Positions 57,324-64,000 of a DNA stretch of 64,000 nt are shown here, piece after piece (positions within the stretch are counted from its first letter, which is position 1; each line of letters opens with the position of its first letter). This DNA comes from a virus, in the IMG/VR virus record IMGVR_UViG_3300050343_000190, positions 1 to 64,000 of that record; one strand, written 5' to 3'. Under the pieces are notes generated by a model, which was given only the letters and a program-made list of their open reading frames with translations, did not search any database and was not told the origin of the DNA. The translations under genes were made by a program, and so were the position numbers.

Positions 57324-57545
57324 ATGACGATACCGAACTGGCAGCACAACTCTGGGAAAAAGCAGAAAAGAAAATTAAAACCTCAGGCACTTCGTCAAGC
57401 GAAAGCAAGACTAAGACAGTTTAAAAAGAGTCACATGACCTCGCCCAAAAGGCGGGGTTCTTTTGTATACTACGTTCATACGCATCAAAGCAATGTCTGT
57501 TTCTCAGGAAATCAAGTCTCAACTAGCAAAGTTGCTTGCAACTGA
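57324..57545 (+). CDS. Small basic hypothetical protein (3' end uncertain)
   Basis: MTIPNWQHNSGKKQKRKLKPQALRQAKARLRQFKK. Confidence 0.55.
   Translation: MTIPNWQHNSGKKQKRKLKPQALRQAKARLRQFKKSHMTSPKRRGSFVYYVHTHQSNVCFSGNQVSTSKVACN
57437..57464 (+). terminator. Hairpin plus T-tract, followed by a TATACT -10-like box
   Basis: GACCTCGCC-CAAAA-GGCGGGGTT-CTTTT; TATACT at 57466-57471 precedes the next ATG at 57493. Confidence 0.55.
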
Positions 57546-58512
57546 GGATCTGGTTGTAGAGCACCGTAAGGTTAACACACAGCTCAGTTCAATGTTCATA
57601 CGCGAGTTTTGACTCTGCCTGTTTGGGATAAGGCATCTGGAGTTGTCTACGATCTCTTGGTCGGTCATGAAGTTGGACATGCCCTATTTACTCCTGATGT
57701 AGATTGGAGTATTGATTATAAAATTTCACCTAGTGTTGTAAATATCGTAGAAGATGTCCGTATTGACACAGAAAGAAGTCAATTATCTTGTTAAAGAGTT
57801 TGAGTGTAAGAAAGCAGCAGACTCTTATGCCCGTGCTACCACAGCACGTACAGGTGTCTTAGATACAACTAAACTGCATACCTACAAATACAACGAAGAT
57901 CTATTTCAAAGAAAGTCACAACTCTTGCTGATGGTAAAAGTCATGGACTAGTCTTTATCCTTGATTGGTCTGGTTCTATGAGCCGTGTTTTAAAGTTCTG
58001 GATACTTGCAAGCAATGTTCAATCTTGTCTGGTTCTGTAAGAAAGTTGGTATTCCTTTTGATGTTTATGCTTTCACTAATGAATGGCAGCGTTGGAAGGG
58101 ATTGCTTAGAGATCGTAAACTAGGACGTACATATGCTTTTAGTGGAAAGTATACTGCCTTCACTAAGACTATGTTGACTCATCTGAAAGAGAGTTTTCCT
58201 AATACCAATTTTATTGGTATTCGTGTTCTTGATGGTCGTGATGTTAATTACTTTATTAATAACAATTCTAATAATGAACTTGAGATTAAAAAAGCAAGAG
58301 AGTCATATAGAAAGAATAAGTCGTTCTCCCTTAAAGATTCTGGTTATGATGCATATTTTGGTATTGCTTCCAGTGCTCTATCTGCGGATACTGATTTTGA
58401 AGTTAAGGAAGATGCTACAAAAACTCAAATTAAGAGTGCATTTATCAAATCTCTTCGTGGTAAAAAAACAAACAAGAAAGTTCTTAGTGAGTTCATTTCT
58501 TTAGTTGCATAA
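57493..58512 (+). CDS. CobT-like protein (HEXXH metallopeptidase-like plus VWA domain), apparently internally shortened and frameshifted
   Basis: LAKLLATEDLVVEH, LLVGHEVGHALFTP, KEVNYLVKEFECKKAADSYARA, MIDAS motif LDWSGSM. Confidence 0.75.
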
Positions 58513-58537
58513 ATATATAAAAAAGTTGTCCTTAAAA

Positions 58538-59063
58538 TGATATCTTTCGACGACATCAAAGCAGAACTAGTTGAGAAGAGAGATGGTAAGTAGAAGAAAC
58601 TATCCTAGAAAAGGATATGCTAGATAAGCAAGGTAATGATAAGTTCGATCGTCATAAGCGTATGATTCGTCATAAGCAGGATAAGCATGGTCGTGCTTCT
58701 GTAATGGATAAAATTAAGACTGGTAAAGATTATAAGGAAGAAACCGTAATCGAAAAAGCAGGAGAGAAGGATGCCTGCTATCATAAGGTCAAGTCTCGTT
58801 ATTCTGTATGGCCTTCTGCATATGCATCAGGTGCTTTAGTTAAGTGTCGTAAGAAAGGTGCTGCTAACTGGGGCAATAAAACCAAGAAAGAAGAATTTGA
58901 ATTCTCTAATTGGAGAGACGAGTTTAAGGCAACTGAGTTTGAATTTATTGATCTAATCAAACCAAAACCTCTTGCTGAAAAGTGCTGGAAAGGTTATACT
59001 AAAAAAGGTATGAAAACAATGTTCGGAAAGAGGTATCCAAATTGTGTGAAGAAAAAGAATTGA
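58538..59063 (+). CDS. Basic modular protein, putative internal head protein
   Basis: KDACYHKVKSRYSVWPSAYASGALVKCRKKGAANWG and EKCWKGY..KGMK..FGKRYPNCVK; TAAATA at 58510. The 5' part is disrupted. Confidence 0.6.
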
Positions 59064-59197
59064 ATTGGAAAAAAATTGCAAAGGAATCTGAAAAAGATCC
59101 TAAGGTAATTGATATTCTTGAGAATGGACCAAAATCTCTTTCTCAAGCGTACTTACTTCAGGCAATGCGATATAAATATGGACGGTCTGGAAACTGA
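59060..59197 (+). CDS. Small hypothetical protein (TTG start)
   Basis: MNWKKIAKESEKDPKVIDILENGPKSLSQAYLLQAMRYKYGRSGN, with a 4-nt overlap with the upstream stop. Confidence 0.5.
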   Translation: MNWKKIAKESEKDPKVIDILENGPKSLSQAYLLQAMRYKYGRSGN

Positions 59198-59202
59198 CCA
59201 CT

Positions 59203-59236
59203 AGGGGGTTTACCGACCCTCTTTTTCGTATATAAT
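59203..59236 (+). promoter_or_regulatory. Terminator-like hairpin directly followed by a TATAAT -10 box upstream of the cobS-like gene
   Basis: AGGGGGT/ACCCTCT stem plus T-tract; TATAAT at 59231-59236. Confidence 0.55.
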
Positions 59237-59258
59237 AACTTCAGTTCAAACAAACCAA

Positions 59259-60340
59259 ATGTCCCTCTCACCTGAGTTCATTCGCACTTCCCTTCAGGGT
59301 TGTATGGTGAGTCTGTTGCTGCTGCTGATATTCGTGCCTGGTGTGCTATGAATGGTGCGAACTATCAAACTGTCACCAACAAACTGACTGATTACAAAAC
59401 TAGTCGTGGAAAGTGGAACTTGACCGTAACAAGAAAAACTAGAGCAAACCTATCAGGCACCTCCTGCAATGCCTGCTGTTGAGCAAAACCTTATTCCTGC
59501 AAAAGATGATACCTTCGTCAGCTTTGGTAACTTCGCTGATATTAAAAAGATTATTAAGTCCGGTCTGTTCTATCCAACGTTCATTACGGGTCTTTCGGGT
59601 AATGGTAAAACGTTCTCTGTGGAACAAGCATGTGCTCAAACAAAACGTGAACTCATCCGTGTAAACATCACAATCGAAACAGATGAAGATGATCTTATTG
59701 GCGGTTTCCGTCTTGTTAATGGTGAAACCGTCTGGCACAATGGCCCAGTCACTGAAGCACTCCAACGTGGAGCAATCTTGCTCCTTGACGAAATCGACCT
59801 TGCCTCAAACAAAATCCTTTGTCTCCAGTCTATTCTCGAAGGAAAAGGAGTTTTCCTCAAGAAGATTGGCAAATACATTACGCCCGCAGAAGGTTTCAAC
59901 GTATTCGCAACCGCCAATACTAAAGGTAAAGGATCCGAGGACGGACGATTTATTGGAACTAACGTGCTCAACGAAGCATTCCTTGAACGATTCCCTGTAA
60001 CCTTTGAGCAGTCCTATCCTGCCTCTGTAATAGAGCAGAAGATCCTTATGGCACTCTGTAGTGATACAGACTTCTGTAAGCGTCTCTGTTGATTGGGCAG
60101 ACATCATCCGCAAGACATTCTATGATGGTGGTATTGAAGAGATTATCCACGTCGCATATCATTCGTGCTGGTTCATATTCGTTCGATGAGACCAAGCAGC
60201 ATACGCTGAGTATCTTCTGAGGAATGATAAGGCAAAGGCAATTCAAGTATGTGTGAAAATCGTTTTGATGATGAACCAAGCAAGCATTCTTTTCTGGAAC
60301 TGTACGATGTAACGGAGTTGACGACACTATTAACTTAAAT
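59259..60340 (+). CDS. cobS: CobS-like MoxR-family AAA+ ATPase (frameshifted, 3' end corrupted)
   Basis: GLSGNGKT, RVNITIETDEDDLIGGFRL, LLLDEIDL, ATANTKGKGS.DGRFIGTNVLNEAFLERF. Confidence 0.88.
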
Positions 60341-60620
60341 ATGGATGATAAAATTGATTTAAATCTTGATCGTACTTATCTCAAACCTATAACGCACATT
60401 ACACATCTCCTGATTCCAAGACTCAAACTCTTGATCTGATTGAAAGTATTGGAGATGCAGAACCATTCTGTCGTTCTAATGCTATCAAATATCTTTCACG
60501 TTTTGGTAAGAAGGGTGGTAAGTCTAAACAAGACATTTTAAAAGCAATTCACTATTGCGTCCTCCTCTATCACTTCTCTGGAATCCACGATCAACCTAAA
60601 GGTAATTATGAAACTTTCTG
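60340..60620 (+). CDS. DUF3310-like conserved protein (5' end uncertain)
   Basis: HY...TQTLDLIESIGDAEPFCRSNAIKYLSRFGKKGG...DILKAIHY. Confidence 0.65.
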
Positions 60621-60875
60621 AAAAAACTCTTTCTCTCCTCAAGAACTTCGGTAGCATCAATCAATCTATTCTTTTCAAAGAAGGAAACAAACTTCGCACT
60701 ATTAGCGTGATGAAGAATATTCTTGCAGAGGCAGAGATTGCAGAAGACATCCCTCAGGATTTTGGTATCTATGACTTGAACCAATTCTTGAATGGACTTT
60801 CTCTTCACCAGAGTCCAGAACTAGATTTTGAAAACCACGGATACGTTGTTATCCGTGAGGGTAAGATGCGTTATA
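60608..60875 (+). CDS. gp45: Sliding clamp gp45, N-terminal ~90 aa only
   Basis: MKLSEKTLSLLKNFGSINQSILFKEG..ILAEA..FGIYDLNQFL, running abruptly into speD. Confidence 0.85.
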
Positions 60876-61211
60876 ATGAAACATATTCTTTTTACTTTGA
60901 AAGGTTGTCCTTTTGATTTACTTGATGATAAAGAGTTCATACGAATGGTTTTGTTTAGAGCATCAAAAGAATGTAAGTCAACATTGCTTGATTTGACAGT
61001 ACATAAGTTTGATCCTCAAGGTGTGACTGGAATTGCTATGCTTGCTGAGAGTCATCTCAGTATCCATACTTGGCCAGAGAATGGTATGGCAGTTTGTGAT
61101 GTCTTTACTTGTGGGGATACCGCTATGCCTGAAAATGGTGTAGAATATATGAAAGAACAATTGAAGGCAACTGATATTGTGTCAAATGAATTTGTTCGTC
61201 CTTTGGAATGA
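60876..61211 (+). CDS. speD: S-adenosylmethionine decarboxylase proenzyme
   Basis: HKFDPQGVTGIAMLAESHLSIHTWPE..CDVFTCG, including the E-SH autocleavage site. Confidence 0.92.
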   Translation: MKHILFTLKGCPFDLLDDKEFIRMVLFRASKECKSTLLDLTVHKFDPQGVTGIAMLAESHLSIHTWPENGMAVCDVFTCGDTAMPENGVEYMKEQLKATDIVSNEFVRPLE

Positions 61212-61213
61212 CT

Positions 61214-62156
61214 ATGCGTTGATGAATTTCTCTGGGTTGAAAAATATCGACCCAAAACTATTGATGAATGTATTTTACCACCAATATTAAGAAGACTTTT
61301 CAAGACTTCCTAGATAAGGGTGAGATACCAAATATGCTCCTTGCAGGTCCTGCTGGGTGTGGAAAGACTACGGTAGCAAAAGCACTCTGCAATGAACTAG
61401 GAGTAGATTTTTATGTCATCAACGGATCCGATGAAGGACGATTCCTTGATACCGTCAGAAATACTGCGAAGAATTTCGCTTCGACCGTCTCGCTTTCTTC
61501 AACTGCAAAACACAAAGTCATCATCATTGATGAGGCAGATAACACAACCAATGATGTACAACTCCTCCTACGGGCGTTTATTGAGGAGTTTAGTGGCAAC
61601 TGCAGATTCATCTTTACCTGCAACTTCAAAAACAAAATTCTCGAACCACTTCATTCCCGCACAACGGTCGTTGAATTTTCCATTAAGGGAAAAGAACGAC
61701 AGGGACTTGCAGCCTCATTCTTCAAACGTATCCAAGAAATCTTGGATACAGAAGGTGTTAAATATGATAACAAGGTCCTGGTAGAACTTATTAATAAGCA
61801 CTTTCCAGATTGGAGACGTGTTCTTAATGAGTGTCAAAGATATTCTTAAGTGGTACTATTGACTCAGGTATTCTTGCAACTTTTAGTGATGTAAAAGTAA
61901 ATGACTTGGTTAAAAACTTAAGGAAAAAGATTTTCCCGAAGTACGTAAATGGGTTGTCAATAACCTGGACAATGATACTTCTGTCCTACTGCGTCGTATT
62001 TACGATGCTTGTTATGATTCCTTGGTTCCGAATAGTATTCCTGCTGCTGTGCTTACTCTTGCTAAGTATCAGTATCAAATGGCATTTGTTGCGGATCAGG
62101 AAATAAATATGCTTGCATGTTTGACTGAAATTATGGTGGAGTGTGAATTCAAATGA
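61214..62156 (+). CDS. gp44: Clamp loader subunit gp44 (frameshifted)
   Basis: LWVEKYRPKT, GPAGCGKT, IIDEAD, FTCNFKNKILEPLHSR, DQEINMLACLTEIM. Confidence 0.94.
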
Positions 62157-62356
62157 TGGTAGTATTCCCAAATCAAAATCAAACTGTAGGATTTGCTCCC
62201 TGGGCTTTGGTACCAGATAAATCTAATCCAGAGCTCAATGTAAATCGTCAGCATATTGTGTATATTACAGATGTTGATCCTGGAGTAAAAGGAAAGTACA
62301 ATGAAATCTATGGAAGCAAACTGGTCACTCCAGAAGAAAAGAAACTCATTATCTGA
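62153..62356 (+). CDS. Hypothetical protein (possibly N-terminally truncated)
   Basis: VGFAPWA...YNEIYGSKLVTPEEKKLII. Confidence 0.55.
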   Translation: MMVVFPNQNQTVGFAPWALVPDKSNPELNVNRQHIVYITDVDPGVKGKYNEIYGSKLVTPEEKKLII

Positions 62357-62357
62357 T

Positions 62358-62543
62358 ATGTCTAAAAAAGAAAAGAAAGAAAAGAAAAAACTAAAGCATC
62401 AGGTCAAATCAAGGTTCTACTATATTTTCTGGGGAACTGCTACTGCTGCAGTAGTTCTTGGACAAGTTTATGTTGGAACTGGATATAGAGAAATGGTAAG
62501 AGGAATTAATGCACTTACTTATGCTTTAGCAAGGTCAGTATAA
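62358..62543 (+). CDS. Small membrane protein
   Basis: Basic N-terminus followed by FYYIFWGTATAAVVLGQVYVG. Confidence 0.55.
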   Translation: MSKKEKKEKKKLKHQVKSRFYYIFWGTATAAVVLGQVYVGTGYREMVRGINALTYALARSV

Positions 62544-62761
62544 TGAGTTTATTCTCTAAACCTACCGAAGAAAATTTAACTAATCCTGTAGTAAAAACTA
62601 CTTCCGAAAACGTAAAGGAATCGCATGAAGCATTGTTTTATGCTACAATGAATTTACCAGAAGCGGCTGCTCACTGTGGTATGACTCAGAAGGAAATGAA
62701 AATGACTTTCTGGGAGTACTTAAAATATAATGAACCAAACTATGAATGTGACGAACGATGA
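62543..62761 (+). CDS. Hypothetical protein with HTH-like segment
   Basis: ALFYATMNLPEAAAHCGMTQKEMKMTFWEY; translationally coupled to the upstream ORF. Confidence 0.6.
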   Translation: MSLFSKPTEENLTNPVVKTTSENVKESHEALFYATMNLPEAAAHCGMTQKEMKMTFWEYLKYNEPNYECDER

Positions 62762-63858
62762 TGCTGTATGGGCAGCAAATGAGTTTATAAACTACTTCTC
62801 CAATATGGGGAATATTGAAGATTATCTCAGGTTCGTAAAGAAAGAAGTAATCAATTCATCAAGTTCTATTTTTTCATTACATGATGACTTCTTCAATGAA
62901 GACATTCATCCTGAAGAGATGGAATTTGATATCAAATTTGTGGGGGAAAGATTTCAACAATCTATTCCTCAAGATCATTATGGAAATTTGCTGAGAGCAG
63001 TTTCTTCTCATAACAATGAAAGTAATATACCTGGAAGAGAACTACGTTGGGTAGTTTTTGAAAAGAGGACACAAACTGTTCTTGGATTTATTAGGTTTGG
63101 TTCTCCTACTATTAATTCTAGACCAAGAAATATATGGTTGGGAAAGGCACCTGATCTGAGGATCTTTAATCGTCATGCTGCGATGGGATTTGTGATCGTT
63201 CCTTCTCAACCATTTGGATATAACTACCTTGGAGGGAAACTCCTTGCGCTCTTGTGCTGCTCTCACTTCGCCCGTGAGACGCTTAATGAGGTCTTTGAGA
63301 AGGACATTGCTCTCTTTGAAACAACGTCTCTCTACGGGTCTACTACAGATGCCTCACAGTACGATGGACTCAAACCGTTCATGCGATTCAGGGGTTTGAC
63401 TGAAAGTAAGTTCTTACCTCTTCTTCATGATGAGGTATTTCATCGTCTTCACGATCGTTTTACTATCCTCAATAATAATACTCCCTTGACTGATAGTAAG
63501 GGCTTCTTCTAAGAAACTAAAACGTCAGACGAAGATGATTTCTATTATTCGCAATTCACTTGAGGATACTGAAAAACTGAATGAGTTTAATTCTGTGATT
63601 AATATTGCTTTTAATCTAACTCAAAAGAAGAGATTTTATATTTCTAATTATGGATATGAAAATGTGCGTGAAGTTATTTGTGGTGAACAAGAAACTCTAG
63701 TTCGCGGTCCTAACTGGGAAAAGTTTCACCTTGAGAATATTATTTCTTGGTGGAAGAAGAAATCAACCAAGAGATATGAAAAACTAAAAAGGGAAGGAAG
63801 GTTCAGAACAAAAGTTGAACTATGGACAGATGATGACGACATTCAGATTATCCGATGA
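62742..63858 (+). CDS. DUF4338/DruA-like protein (one frameshift near 63500)
   Basis: PGRELRWVV...LGFIRFGSP...RNIWLG, IVPSQPFGYNYLGGKLLALLC, ETTSLYG...SQYDG. Confidence 0.75.
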
Positions 63859-63998
63859 CTTGTGAAGTAACTTTGTTCAAGGCTGGAAAAGTCTTTAAAG
63901 AAACTGTGATAGCACGGGACTATCAAGATGCTAAGGAAGTTGCCTTAGCAAGAAATCCTGGAGCAACAATTGTTAGTGTAACTGCTGTATTTAAATAA
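63855..63998 (+). CDS. Small hypothetical protein
   Basis: MTCEVTLFKAGKVFKETVIARDYQDAKEVALARNPGATIVSVTAVFK, with an ATGA overlap on the upstream stop. Confidence 0.65.
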   Translation: MTCEVTLFKAGKVFKETVIARDYQDAKEVALARNPGATIVSVTAVFK

Positions 63999-64000
63999 TG

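Noticed and set aside
59259-60340. cobS as evidence of cobalamin synthesis
   Set aside because: It is a MoxR-type AAA+ ATPase paired with a VWA protein, and there is no cobN or other cob gene. A chaperone-like role is more plausible.
60608-61211. gp45-speD fusion
   Set aside because: The two are in different frames, speD has its own ATG at 60876, and the junction looks like a consensus deletion.
62742-63858. Complete Druantia defence system
   Set aside because: Only a DruA-like gene is present, with no DruE helicase or other partners.
1-64000. Dozens of frameshifts read as pseudogenes, programmed frameshifts or genetic-code reassignment
   Set aside because: They hit essential genes (gp17, gp20, gp23, gp44), are mostly 1-2 nt indels often in short runs, and cause frame changes rather than in-frame stops of a single codon type. 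This pattern fits sequencing or consensus error.
1-64000. tRNAs, introns, inteins, homing endonucleases
   Set aside because: None was recognisable by eye. Intergenic gaps are short and gp17, gp20 and gp23 show no large insertions. A covariance-model scan was not possible.

Overview
This window comes from a T4-like marine myovirus, most likely a cyanomyovirus. That call rests on gene order and on cobS-like, speD and DUF4338-like genes. Essentially all coding is on the + strand. The order is: baseplate (gp7, gp8, split VrlC/DUF4815-like genes), neck (gp13-15), gp16, a ~20 kb fibre/spike island, gp17-gp23, gp3, uvsY/uvsW, gp55, gp47/46, a CobT-like/CobS-like pair, gp45, speD, gp44 and a DUF4338-like gene. 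Many 1-2 nt indels split essential genes and look like long-read/consensus error, so genes were reconstructed across frames by eye and boundaries are approximate. The top finding is five helical domains in virion structural proteins (one in gp7, four nested in a 1692-aa beta-helix spike). They align by eye to the phycobiliprotein globin fold and keep both bilin-site signatures: C-x-R-D of alpha84/beta82, and the helix-H Cys plus N-terminal Asp of beta155. This suggests virions that may carry bilin pigments. The second finding is a VrlC-like protein with a ~740-aa Arg/Lys-supercharged half ending in a split S74 chaperone. Other leads are an in-frame CCGSGC tail behind the capsid stop codon and an NblA-like small ORF. 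All homology calls come from motif recognition, not database searches.
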